A DNA stretch of 64,000 nt from Rotaria socialis (Eukaryota), in assembly GCA_905331295.1 (NCBI GenBank), contig CAJNYD010000012.1:124001-188000 (forward strand), in the 5' to 3' direction. The notes below the pieces were generated by a model, which had not been told where the DNA came from, ran no database searches, and saw only the letters and a list, made by a program, of their open reading frames with translations. Positions 43,960-61,000 of this stretch are shown here, piece after piece. Position numbers and translations under genes: made by a program. The number at the start of each line of letters is the position of its first letter. Positions within the stretch are counted from its first letter, which is position 1.

Positions 43960-44706
43960 TTAATGTTGAAGTGTCATAAGCCATCGCTCATGTTTTTTAC
44001 TATAGTGTCTTCTTGTTTCACCTTTTTCGATCAAACTTAATTTAGCTTCGTGTACAACAGCACCTAAATTTAACTGTAATTCTACCATACGCTTCAATGG
44101 TCGGACAATATCATCGAATAATGTTGGGCTATCTTTTTCTGTCGATTTTAATGCATAGGCTATTGTTTCTAATGTTGATGCTGTTTCTTTGGTTGGCTGT
44201 GTACGAATAACAAATTCAGATTTTTGATCAATTTTAACATAACATGTTTTTAGCGCTTGTAATTCACTATGTCGATGATAAATACCCATAGCTTCGTTCC
44301 ATGTACCATCGAGCGCTATGATAGTATAATGATCACTTTCATTAATAACATCGTCTAATAGAACAGCATTTGCATTTGGAAAAAGTAAATAAGTATTCGG
44401 ATTTGAATATATGTCTGAATAATATTTTCCTGGAAATTGTCTTGCACGTACGACAGTTAGTGATGATGGATCAATACATTTTGAGAGTAATTGTACGGTA
44501 CCCAATGGTCGTTTGATTTCATTCGGATGTTGAAATATAACAACCGATGTATGATTGAGACGAATAGGCGTTGAAGGTAAATGCGAGCAAAGACAAACTA
44601 ATTCCGGTCGTTCACAACGAGTACATATTGATCGTTTTGGACCATTCCAATCTTTTTCCGATAAATCATCATCTAAGTCTAATAGATATGTTTCGTTATC
44701 ATTCAT
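43960..44706 (-). CDS. DTWD2: tRNA-uridine aminocarboxypropyltransferase 2 (DTW domain), intronless CDS
   Basis: CTRCERPELVCLC, IFQHPNE, LLFP, LDGTWNEA (DXTW), FVIRTQP, STLETIAYAL. Confidence 0.92.
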   Translation of the reverse strand: MNDNETYLLDLDDDLSEKDWNGPKRSICTRCERPELVCLCSHLPSTPIRLNHTSVVIFQHPNEIKRPLGTVQLLSKCIDPSSLTVVRARQFPGKYYSDIYSNPNTYLLFPNANAVLLDDVINESDHYTIIALDGTWNEAMGIYHRHSELQALKTCYVKIDQKSEFVIRTQPTKETASTLETIAYALKSTEKDSPTLFDDIVRPLKRMVELQLNLGAVVHEAKLSLIEKGETRRHYSKKHERWLMTLQH

Positions 44707-44764
44707 CTACAAAAGAAAAATGGAAACATGAAATAACAAATAAAATGGCATTTTTTTTCAATGC

Positions 44765-46127
44765 TTAAACAGCACTAGTAATCAAATTTAATGTTCGATC
44801 TGTCAAACGAAATAAACATTGGCGAATAATTGTATTTGTCCATAGACTTGATTTAGATGGACCAGAATAGGTTAACTGAAAAATAAACCAAAAAAAACAT
44901 GAATCAATAAATTGTTGATCATCATGACCTTACTAATATTCTCAAAATCAAGAACATTTTTATTTTTTCAACCCTTTTCTTATCAAACATGTGACCTATG
45001 TCTAAATATATGTTTATTTATTGCTGCGCAAGTGTTCTATGTACCCCGAGAAATATCACCTGATTTTACAAAATGAATTTTTTTGTAAAGATAAAACTTT
45101 ATCTGCAATTAGGAGTGAATCTAGGGCTTACTTTGATAGGACTATCCGGTGAGGACCACGAATTACTAGAAATCGTTTTTAACAATTTTTACGAGTTGGA
45201 AAAAAATCTTTTCGAATGCGACTGATTGCTCTCGCATAAATCAAACACTAGTCGTTATATGAAACGTTAAGTCTCCTATCGTAGCTAATCGAGTTGTCTT
45301 TGAAAAAAAATCGTAATCTTTAAAGAATCAATCCATTAGAAGATATGTATGATAGGGGTTTTAAAACAGCATATCGTTTGATTTTTTTCTAAGTGCATTT
45401 AATTTAACCCTAAGAGTACATTCGAGGCTAGTAAAATCCATGACTGTCGACTCTTCTTTTAAAACCTTTCCGGATTATACTATAAGATTCGATCAATATT
45501 TGTCAATTAACTTACTTGTCCACTAATATCTTTTGTAGCACCCGTAGTTAAACTTCGAACAAATACATGCTTATCATGTATTCTTTTAAGCATATTTATT
45601 AATGGTGATGAAAAATTTTCATCATCATTTTCATCATCTGAAATCGACATTTGAGTGATAAATTGTGCTTTCGGAAATAGTTGTCGTAATTTTCTTTGCA
45701 TGAATAATATTTTGCCATCAGAAAGTTTCAATAAATGACGTAAGATTTGTAAATCTTCAAAAATAAATATATCGGGTGATGCAATAATTTGTTGTTGAAT
45801 GATTTCACAAAGATCATCGATATTAAACGATGGTTTTTCATTGAAAAATTGATCAGATAATATTGAAAAAAGTGGTATAAACATTAGAGGAGATGTTGAT
45901 GATATTTCTGGTGTTTTTAACACATTTCCCATTTTATTTTGAACATGTTTCAAATGTGAAAATGGTGTTAATAAACTTATATAGACACAATTTAATGAAT
46001 TCTTTATTGAATAACTTAAAAAATGTTGTAATAAAAAATTCGAATCAAAATCAAGACTTGTTAGAAGAATCGAATTAGACGATGGACGATGTGTATCATC
46101 AAGAAGTGCAGTTAGTTCGTCGAACAT
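44765..46127 (-). CDS. ELP6: Elongator complex subunit 6
   Basis: MFDELTALL, DSNFLLQHFLS, FSHLKHVQNKMG, VRSLTTGATKDISGQ|L...CLFRLTDRTLNLITSAV*; exons 45516-46127 and 44765-44875. Confidence 0.85.
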
Positions 46128-46604
46128 TGTGACAAAAAATCGATTTCACAAGAATAAAAAATTCAGAATTTCTGCTTTGCTCGTTATTTGGCAAATCTAG
46201 CAACAAAAAACTGCACTACAAATCGCTACTATTCATTTCATTCATTTATACTAATGCATCGATTGTAGCGCCACGTCTATGTTTGCGGAGGGCTTTACTG
46301 CTGATATTGAATGAAATAAAATAACTTGAGAAGCTAATTCAAATAAATGATAAATAAATCTTTTCAAAAACTGACGAAAGATACTAATCATAATAGAAGA
46401 ATTTCCTACACGAAAAACAATTCACTGATATAATTGGGCTGTTCAATATTGTAGAATGTGTTCTGCTGGTATAAGCACATATTATTCGAATTAACTAATA
46501 TTAGAGATTTGCAGGGTAAATTTTTGTTTGTAAGAAATACGTTGACGAAGAAAATTCTTTTAAATCTTATCATATATTGTAAATCATGCTTATCTTTGCC
46601 CCTT

Positions 46605-46624
46605 CCCTATTCTTCAGAATAGGG
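46605..46624. repeat. Short palindrome/hairpin
   Basis: ccctattct-tc-agaataggg, followed by tagaaaggttaa. Confidence 0.6.
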
Positions 46625-46913
46625 TAGAAAGGTTAACGATTCGTTTAGAGATAAGTAAGCAATCTTTCAAACCTACTTCCGTTTAACCGTACAGCATTTT
46701 TCAACATATTCTAACTGTAATTTCCTTAAAACAACTATACGATTTCAATCGTAAGAATATTAGAAGCTTTTTTTATTATTAATACGAGTTTTTCATGAAG
46801 ATTATTAAAAAAATATGTTTTTTAAAACTATGCATATATGATTCAATCAGAAATGATTTATTTTTAATCATGAAATAAAATGATATAGTTTATTTGTCGA
46901 ACCAACGTTCCAT

Positions 46914-47636
46914 TCATTTACCATAATGTGGATAATGGTATAAGTAAACATAATTGTTTTGATTGTATCGGAGTTCGCAACGACGGCCACGATAGTTTTG
47001 TGGGCACGAACAAAAAGCTTGACCATATAAATTATTGCATCGACCACCATTGTAACACCTAGAATTTTGTTATAGAATGTACATGTTTTTTTTCTCTGTT
47101 TGTGAAAATAAATTTCATATATCTTACCAGCTAGATTGGCATGTACGAATACATGGTTGTAAACAATTCACACCATAAGTATTTGGCGGACAAATACAGA
47201 CCGGTTGTAGTGTAAGCTGATTAACAACACAAGTTCCGAAATTTCGACAAGGGTTATTATAAAGACATGGATTGTTCGGTAATGGATTTACTGGGCAACT
47301 AGGATTGCCAATAACGTTAAATGGGCAAATGCAAATATATTGCGATGGATTTTGATTTGTTGGCACACATGTAGCACCAGCAGGACATACAGCATTGCCA
47401 CATTGATTTGGAATTACAGGAGGTACAACCGGCCCAATGTTGGTACATTCCGCTGCACTTTGTGCAACTTGTAAGTTCGAACAAATACATGAATATTGAG
47501 CATCTGTTTGAACACACGTGTATGGTGCACAAATTTGTGCCGCCGCTGCATTGCATACTCCCTGAGTATGAACATTATTCACATAAATGGAGAGTATGAG
47601 TGCAATAACAATCATACCATTAAAAACTCCCATCAT
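46914..47636 (-). CDS. Small secreted EGF-like repeat protein
   Basis: Signal peptide; four Cys-rich EGF-like units (e.g. PCRNFGTC...CICPPNTYGVNC; CYNGGRC...CSCPQNYRGRRCE); exons ~47128-47636 and 46914-47059; no TM segment; ends YLYHYPHYGK*. Confidence 0.85.
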
Positions 47637-50094
47637 TATACGACTTCTGTCTATTCACTGTAAAATTTGAATGTTTTCGTATGCCAAAACAACAGAATTG
47701 ATGGTTGTTTTTATAGAGCTGGAAAGGCATGATCTGGCAAGTCAATATTTTCATAGGAATCTAAGTACGAACCTTAACAAATCTTTTTATTAGTAACCGG
47801 ACATTTGAATTCTTTTGACATCATTTAAAAAAAACAATGCTATACGATATGCTTGTTGTTGTCGCAGAATAGCAAAAACAAAATCGCACAGCCTAAACCT
47901 GATTAAGCTGTTAAATATCGTTTAAATATAAGTTAAACGAAGAGTAATTTGAGTTGTAGTGTAATTCATATATTTACTAATATCAAAAAATTCAGTTTCT
48001 GCAATACGATAGGAACTATTTAAATATGATTTAGTTATTCTGAATAAATTATTTTAAAACAAAATCAAGTGCATTTTATCCGAAGCTCTATTTTCAATTG
48101 AAAAATATTTCTAAACTAGATGTTAAAGTGATTTAGTACTAATGCGTACAAAATATTGTTGTTTTTTTCTTCTTGTTACGCGCAAAATGCCCACGATTTT
48201 GTGTGATAGATGAGCGAAAAACATATAAATGTCAGGTTCGATTTTATGTTTACCTGTGGGATTATGATTTTCCTTCCTACGTTCGATCCTATGATAAATG
48301 TCGTTGTTAGTGGTGAGGCAGTTATTCATTTTTGACAATTATGATCAGGTATTCAACGTAAACAAAAAATATTTTTGTTGCGCATTTTGGAACTGAAAGA
48401 AATTAGTATTAGGGAGTCTTTCGTTTTTAATATTATACAAGGCTCCAGTGATTCATGGATAAAATTTCATTCTGAATTCAAATGGATAAACATAAACCAA
48501 TAGACTGTAAATATGTATTTATCATTAGGCTAAAGATATCTTGCTATTTTGCATGTTTACCGGTGTTGATAATTGATGAAATCTAATGACGAATTAAAAC
48601 ATCCTACACTATTTCAAGGTTTAGCTATTTCATAAAAACAAAATGTCATTATTAAATATACATTGCCTTTCTTGTCATCACGTATTCATGAAAGATAATA
48701 AATGACACATATGGTAGTAGGCATCTCAAGGCTTTCATTTGTCTTTTGTGTTACTATTGCGTTCTATTTCAAAAATAATAAATCAACAAGATTAATATTT
48801 ATCTTATCGTACATGGCTAAATGTATTATTGTATTCGTTCATATTTCAAAAATTTTCCTTCCTAAATATCATTGCTTGATTAATATTAAACAAAAAAAGG
48901 CAGTTATTCTAATGCTATTTTTTCTCTCTTTATTTATTAACTGAAACTAAACAAAAAAAGTCCTTACACTTATTATCTGTCTGTCTATAATCTTACTGAC
49001 TACGCTCTTTTTCTTTTTTTTTCTCTATTCAGGCATATTCAATGTCATCCATACATCAAAAAAAGATCCTAATAGTAACTCGAATAGTCTACGAAACAAA
49101 AAAAAAGACAAAAGAAGAATAATAGAGATAGAACGCACAAGAACAAAGAAAGAATGACAAGATAGAAACCCCGAAAAAAACATAGAAGAAATCACACAAT
49201 CATAAAGAGGAAGAAATAATCATGATAGAAAAAAAACACAAAACATCAAACATGGCTTTTGGTCATCATTGCGCATAAGAAGAAGAATGAAGAAGAAACA
49301 ACAAACGTAGATCCCTCATCTCCTTTAGAATTTCATCTTAGACACTCTCAGAAAATACAAGGGCTTAAGACCGGATATAGATGAAAAAAAAACAAAATGA
49401 GGAGGATCTTATGTTCACAAGTTAATTAATATGCTATGCTTCGCAAATATCCAAGAAATTACATACAAGTAATTATATACATATGAAAAATATTCGTTGC
49501 CGTAATTTGCTCGATAGCTACATTTAATGATTAGAGCAATGCAAAAGAAAAATGGCACGCGAACAGAGAGGCAATATATATATATATATATTTACAATGG
49601 AACAACAGAAGAAGAAAGAAAAAAACGTGATAAACAAGAGACAGACTATAACAAAATTTTAGTCGGAGTGCACGAAACCAGAGATTAGAAAAACACCAGA
49701 GAAGACGCAATCATAAATTGGAGACTTAACGGCTCGAATTAGATAATTTTGATCTCATCTCCAAGTAAACAATTCAATCTCTTCCGTTGAATACGCATCA
49801 CGACTGACCCTGATGTTAACAAGAGAAAACAAAAAAAAAGAAAAGAGAAAACAAAATCTGTACAACAAAAGAATACTGAAGGGAAGAACAAAAATCCATT
49901 AAATGTCAGATCGAAATCACTGGGAACGAAAAACGACCTATCCTATTCGCGTTCTTCTCTGATCTAAGGATTCATGCGGGAAGAAAAAAAGAGAAAAAAA
50001 AGGCAAAAAGTGTATAAAAGTAAAACAAATAAACAAAAGAAAAAAAAACAAGGACACTTCTATTTTTTTTTGGATTTTTTTGCTTTTATATTTT

Positions 50095-53048
<2,954 letters not shown>

Positions 53049-56000
53049 TGTTCTCAGATTTTGTTCGTCCGATAATTAAATAATAATAAATTAAATAGTT
53101 TTGGGATAATTACTGAGTAAAGCTAGTCCCATCAAACAATTTTCCGTAACTGATGAACGATCTTCTTTCACTCACTAGCAACACACACTTTTTTAGACGC
53201 CGCTTGCGCGCACGAGAGAAATAAAGGCTATAGAACAGTTTGCTTTCTATTTATACCACAATTTATGGCCTGCCTCGCGTTCTCTCTTTTCTCTCTTTTT
53301 TTTTCTCGTTCTCTTTTTTTCTTCACAGCCCGGGTATATATAATATAGCCCACTCTTTCAACGACTTTACGTGCCTCGTTTGCTTTTACTATCGCTACGT
53401 CAGCGCATGAGAAGAAAAAAAACGATAGAGAATTGAGGAATATATATAAATATATATATATATATACATATAAACACGTGCTCGTTTCTTATTTACCTAA
53501 AAGCACGAGTTAGGGTTAAGGTGTTCGCCAATCTCTGTACCGATAGAATACGATAAACAACGATTATTCAGTCGCTATAGTACAGTAGTAGAAAGATAAG
53601 AACCCAAAGAACACATGAGAATTTTTAGTATATATCAGCGTAGCAGTATTTTGTCATTCAGTATGATATTTATTACGCAGTTTTCCAGAAGAAAAGAATC
53701 TTATTAATTATTTTGCGAATCACATGATGTTTGCAAGGTAAACATCTGTAGAAATAATCATAATATAATTGACCATATCCACGAAAATTATTCTATAATT
53801 AACTTGAACAGTAAAAACCGATTAATATCAAGATTGAAAAGCGAAAAGCAGAAGAAAAAATAGATGCCCTTGGTTGTATGTAAATTTAGCCGTGTTTATT
53901 GATTTTAACAAAATGCAATTGAGTCATTTTTTTTTCCATGTTACAGGGAACATTCGAGAACAGCACGTGTTTGTAAAGAGAAGAACTCTTTCTTTTTTCA
54001 AAACTATATATCAACGAAATCTATTGATAGTGCATCAGAGTTTTTTTGCTCGTTTACTTCCCGATCTATCATTCGTTTCTATCTTGATGACACATAAAGA
54101 TTTCATTGATCAATATATATGACGTGGCAGCAACGACAGATGGTTTCTATTGTCTTTTATTTTTATTTAGACATGACATTCAATTCTTTTTCTTCTTTCA
54201 TTCTGTATAAAAATAAAAACTCAAGGGGAAACAATGACTCTCATGCGTGCGCTAAAAAAAACAAACCGACGTAAACTACGTTGCCCACATTCGAAATCGT
54301 GATCAGATACTATAGAGACGCATGCGAACGAAGCGAAATCTTTGCGTACGTGTGTACCTATATCTCATATTTCTCGTTTTGGTTTTAACAAAAAAAGAAA
54401 CTAGGGAGAAAAAGAAGAAAAACAAAAAGTAACTTACTGCTGCTTTGGAAGCGTATTGAAAAGCATCAATATTTGGTGTCATCGCTGATTGTTCGAAACA
54501 TAAAGAATAGTCATAGGATCGTTTTTTCTTTCGTATTTATATACTATCGGCCTTGTCTATCTCAAACAGTGACACGTCGGTAGAATCGACATTTCATCAG
54601 CTTACTGACTAAGAAAAATATATCGACGTCATTCGTTATAATCATGTCAAACAATTAGAAAACAAAATACCAAAGAGATTGAAGTAGAGTTTGATGGATT
54701 ACAATTAGTCTTAGCTTCAATGACAAATTTTGTCCATAACTTTCTTTTATATTGATAAAAAGACAAATTGAACGTTGATGCAGTCGAGTGACTCTTGTTT
54801 ATGTCAATGTGAATATGTTTGAGAAGAAGAAGAGCGCCTACTTTTGTTGTCAAATAATGAATTCTCATTCTCAAGCACTGCTATTTATGACTATTCCGTA
54901 AAAAATAAAGAAATGCAACCACTTCCTTTTTAATTTAGCAAGTCATTAGTAATATTCAGGTTCAATTAATTGTGCTCGTCGTTCGTCGAAACATGACTGA
55001 TGTTTCTAGAATCTTTTTTTATCCAAATATAAACTCTATGACGCCATTTTACTTACAGTAGCACAATTATTCATCATTAAGAACACACAAATACCAGGTA
55101 TTCTCATTCTCAGGATTAAAATCAAACGGAATTGTCTTTTACTTCTATTGCGATAACTGATTTTTAGTCAAACAATATGAATCAGACTTTTTAAAATAGA
55201 TTTAAAGGCAATACTAAATCAAACAAATCACTTTCTGCACTATAGCTAAGAAAATGTTATTATAGATATTTTTGTTGATGAAGCATTGCGAAGTTACATT
55301 TAATAAAAAAACAATTGTCACCTTCATGGTCACATTTTTCTTCTTTATAATTCGGCCCAATGTAAAATACATATTCGTACATTCTTAAGTGATAGAAAGA
55401 ATAAATTTTAATTATTTCGTTTTTATTTATTCAAGTCAACAATCTTAGATAAGACTCCGCCTATAGTTCGACCTTTGAATTATGCAAAAAATTTCGTATT
55501 TTTTAAATTTAAACATCTGTACTAACACGAGTCAAATACATATATCTGTTTGTATAAATATTATTCTTATTATAATCAAACTGGGTACTTTAGCTACGAA
55601 CTTATCTGCTAGACAAATATTGAAATAGTATTATTAAGAGGAGGTTGAAACACTATGAAGCTTGTTAACAGTATACACTAGACGGCTTTATTTATATACA
55701 CGCACATAGAGGACGCATAATGAAAAACGTATTCATGAAATATAAAACCTTGAGTTTGTATAGAAATTCAGCTGATTAATCTTCTTATTTGATAAATAAG
55801 GATGATAAATAGCTTTCATCCCTTTGTATCTTTCGTAAAAAAGCGTACCAATATTGGATAAATGAGATTAGGCAACAGCAAATGTTAGTTCAAACAGTTC
55901 ACTATTTTTATAATAGCAATCATTGATTATTTTTTCTTCTTTTTTTAGTTTCGTTGACCGTGAAAACGTTATTTTCATCGCTGCACGAAGAAAAAAAACG

Positions 56001-58055
56001 ATTTCTCTAGCTTGCAACATGTCATGTTTGATGACGTCGCACAATTTCTGCTAGTTTATCTTTCCAGAGTTAGATAAATAGAAGTGTATTATGATATTCA
56101 ATTACGCAGTTCTTCTGCCCTACTTTCGGTCGATCGTATCGTTGAATCACTATATTAATTCTATTATTATTATTTAATTGCAATATTTTATTAATTCAAA
56201 CTTAAATCGTACTTAAGAAATTTTTCACTCATTATTCATATATATATATATATATATCTACAAAAGAAGAGAAGCTAATGAATAATTTTGTGGCGCCATC
56301 TATACGAAACCATTAAATTTAATGTTAAGAAATGGCAAGTTGACCATATACTAATACTAGTACTAGTTGATCGAGCGCGTCTAATTGCAATTTTCAGAAT
56401 TTTCTGCTTATTAATATATCATACACTGAGATATATAACAAGCAATCATGTAGAAGAACCTTGCTTTTTCATGTTAGTTAGAGATTTTGATTTTCTTTTT
56501 TGATAGAACTAATGAAAATTTTTTTACACAACAGTATCGTTGATGACATATAAAAGCCGACAGAATGTGTTATGTAGAAATGTTGAAGTAAGAAACTTGT
56601 CAAAAAATTTGATACATTATGTAACCACTGAGTTTAGATGTCTGCGCTTTATTGTTGGTTTTCGGTTATTCTATCGGGTTTGTATCTTTAACCAGGGGTA
56701 ACATTGATGAAAGATATCCGATAAAGATTAGTTTAAATAGCTACGAGCGTATCATCATGGCCACATCTGTTCTGCCATGGAGGTAAACTATCATAGTCAA
56801 TTATTGTATTTATTAATTGACATGAAGCAAGGTCTTTGACTCTTATCCAATGGTTATTATAATTACGAGATATTAAAAGAGTACATTTTATTAATATCTA
56901 ACAAAAGTTTAATCATGAATTCACAATCAAGGTTATCTATCCTTTAAAAAAAATCTGCGAGATTTTATATCCTTGAAAAGCTGTTCTTCTGGCATATGTT
57001 TGACACTAAAATCACAAGAAGCAGAAATTGTGTCAAGGTCGGAAGCGGAACTAAGCATTCTAGTCTATCATGCTATTGATTCAAGCAAGCATGTTATAAA
57101 TGAGAATATAATTGAAGAGCGACAAGGTCCCGCAAGACGCCCAATCAACAACGAAAGCCAAAAAAAGGAAGTATTATCGACAGTACTAAAACTGAGCCCC
57201 CGTATATTTTTCTTCATAAGATCACTATAAAAATGTTACCATTATCCTGCATAATCATGAGAGTGTTTTGGTTGGTAGACTATTTTAAATCACTTTTCGT
57301 TTCATTCAATACTTCCAAGTTTAATCCTATTCAATTAATGAAGGATTATTTTTTGTAGTTCGTATATCGATGCAATTTGAGATAAAATAATCCAATCAAA
57401 TGGCTCCACAATCTTAATACTTTTCTCTTTTAATATTGATATTCTACGAGACACATAAAATGATTCGCTTGTCTTTTAAATAGTGCTTCACACTTTATTT
57501 TTTTTGAAATTCTTCGACTTACACATCCGAGGTCGTTGGTCGTACGATTGCAAATAAAGACAAGAACAAAAAAAATTTGACGATCATAATATGATCGTCT
57601 TACAAACATCTGAGAACCAAACCGAGAAAAAAAGCACGATTCTAGTAACACAATGAGAATTAAGTGACAATAATCAAAGAGATAGTAACATGAAGAAAGC
57701 TAAAATCGTCTACGAAGCTAGATCTCCGTTGACCAGTTTTCTTTTAAGACGATATTATGAGAGGAGAAGAAGACGAGAAAAAAAATCAGGACAAGTGCGA
57801 AAGAGATAGAGAAGAGGAAAGACAAAAAAGCAGTTAGAGCCAAAAAGAAGAAAAAAAGGTCTTGAACAACTTCACACAAATATTTGCTTTGATTGACTTT
57901 TTTGTTTGTTTTTGAATTATGTTCTCTAATTAACTTGCAAACGAGAGAAAACAAAAAAGAACAAATTTATAGGAGTGCAAAATATAGAAATATAATATAT
58001 ATATATATATACAAAGAGAGGGACCGGTAAATGAATACTAGGATAAGATTTCGAT

Positions 58056-61000
58056 TTATTTAGCACGTGCGGGAAGAGTTGAAGACTTTTGTTTTGGAGT
58101 TTGGCCAGCATTGTTACCGAATAGATTGGAAGCTGATGAACTAATACTCGTATTCGGTGACCGAAATGATGTTGTACTTGTTCTGAAACAAATAAAAATA
58201 AAATATGTTCGTCGTTGTTGTTATTTTTTCTTTGTTGTGCAATAAATATCGATGGTACATGCCAAATCAATTAGCAGACATATACCATAAGAACAAATTC
58301 AATAGTGAAGCGAGCTGTACAACGAGCAAGAAATAATTTAGTTAGCGGATTTGAAGTGTTTTTTTTTTGTAAAAATAATACAACAAACACAGAACTTAGA
58401 ATAACATACGGATTATTTATTATAGCTTGACCTTTTCGATATCGCAATCTTTAGAGCTAAATATTTGGATGAGATAATTGTTAGAAAAAAAACAACAGTT
58501 AATGAAAAATGAATTGGCAAAAGCGGGTTTTCCTATTATTAATTTTACCAAGAAGATAAATCACTAGACAAGCGTGATTTTACAATGTGACGATGATGGC
58601 GGAGGTACTGATAATATCCATTTCCTTTTTTTCCTGTAAGATAGCGATGAGGAACAATGTAAAAGAATGACCGAGAATCTTACGCATAGACCAATAATGA
58701 AACGCCAAACAAACAAAAACAAAGATTAAGCATTCATGTTAATTGCATCTCAATAGTAGAGTGGCGTACTAGGCAAATATTTCGATGATAAAATGATTAA
58801 TCATCATGAAGATTGTTGAGAATTTCCATTCAAAGCATTACATATACATGAGCGTAATGATCCGTGAAATATTCTAAAAGCTCTAACATGTTCGCTTTGC
58901 CGAAAGATTCAATTATGAGATTCACTCTGCTTCAATAGTCCATAAGAAATAACTCGTTCAAACTTTTTATTATTCTCGTTGAGGCATTTTTATGGTTCGA
59001 ATATGATTTAAAATGGTACACTTCAACTGAAGTTATCTCCGTTAAGGATATCAGTTATCTTTCTCGTGATTTTGTTATGAAAACTAAAATATTGTACTTG
59101 ATTTAAATGCTAGTTTGAAATCATATGTCTATCTTACTGTTCCTTGATACTGAAGTAAATTTTCATTTTATGAACAAGCTAATTCAATTGATTGTTCTAT
59201 CCTGTTGGTTAACACTTTTTACATCCATAATGATATCTCTAAATAAAACAACGAAATCCTATAACGAACCTTGACGAAGGTGTATGATCATGTTGTGAGA
59301 CGATTCCCCGTTTAGGTATTTTTTTACTTAATTTAGCAATCCATTGTTTTTGTTCATTTTCACTTATACACATTACTAATAATTCTTTAACTGATAATTT
59401 ATCATTAACTAAAAGGAATGAAAAATAAAGAATAATTTCTTGTTTTCGTATACAATTTCTACTCATTAATTTACCTCGGCATGGTAACATAAATTCTTCT
59501 CTATCATCATAATGTTGTTTGTGACAACGAACATGGCATCGTGTACATTCAAGACATGGAGGTGGGGTGAAAACATTGTAACATGGACGATTACATGTTT
59601 CACATTGTGTTGGCATCCGGTATGCAACAATAACAAAACTATGGCCTTTATATTCAATTGTTTCGCCGCTATGACGATCTTGTTCCTAAATAATATTGAA
59701 AAAAACCAAATGAATTTCATTGAATTAAAAGAAACGTTTTTTACTTGTGGATGAATCATCGAATTCGACATAGTGCTTGTTGAATTATTTAATAATGCTT
59801 GACCTTCGCTATCGTATAGCACTTGAAATATTTTTGGTATCATATTTGGATCGACACGTAGAACATCGCCTATAAATATAAATAATTAATTGCCCTGGAA
59901 AAGCAAATAACGTTAAAGTTATGTTTACCTTGAGTAACAGCACGAACGTGATAAAGTTTTCTAGAAGATAAAAAGAAAACATGTTTTTATATGCGTCTAA
60001 CTAATAAGATCAATATCAGCATTAAGTGTCAAACAATATTTTTTTTACTGATGAGAGAAACACTTGAAGTAATTCATGATTTTTGAACTTAGAAAATAAG
60101 TATGAATTTTGTTTGGAACATCTCAAGTAATAACAGGTTTGGTAAAATTATTAGGAATTCAAACAAGTTAAACTAAAAAATAATGAATTATTTCATGTGA
60201 TTTGTTTTAATTGGTTAAAATCTCTGTTTTCGCTGATCATATATTAGAAGTCGAATGCATCTGTTAAATCGATGGCTGTGAAATTTACAGCAGTGGCAGC
60301 TGTTAATATCTTTCAAACATCATGCATTTTGGCACATTATATGGATTTGTACACCGAACGTAAAATAGCGAAAAAAAAACGATTAGTTCCAAACAATGAT
60401 TAAATAAATTAAATTTCTAGACTTTAAAATCTTACAGTACAATTTTCTATTCTTCTCACAGTATCATTTATGCATTAAAACCAACAGGAATCAACTAGAA
60501 AAAAAACTACCGTACCCAGTCATATCATTATAGTTTATTTCCATTTACTGCGTGATCCTCAAGCAGCGACATTCCGAATATTATAATTTTCTTCTCGTGG
60601 AATAAAAAAAATCTAACTTTCGAAAAGTGACTTACTCAACATCTATTGAAATAGCTGCTAGTTGATCTTTTTCTGAATTGTATAATAATAATTTATTTTT
60701 AGCAATAACAGCAAATTGTCGCTTCCAACCGCCTCGACGAATATTTCTCGTTGGAATTTGTACCCAACTTTCCAAACGATCTATTTACAAAAATTCGTAT
60801 GATTTAAATAGTAAGAAAAAGAGAAAGAACAAACCTCGATCGTCATCTAGATCATCACTTGTTAATGAAATATTATCAATGGATCCGCGAGTTTCAAGTA
60901 TTCGTTTATATTTATCGATTTCATCACGTCGTGTTTCCAATTCACGTTTTAATTTAGTAATATCATCGGATAATGTTGCCAATTCGTCATCTTTTTCATT

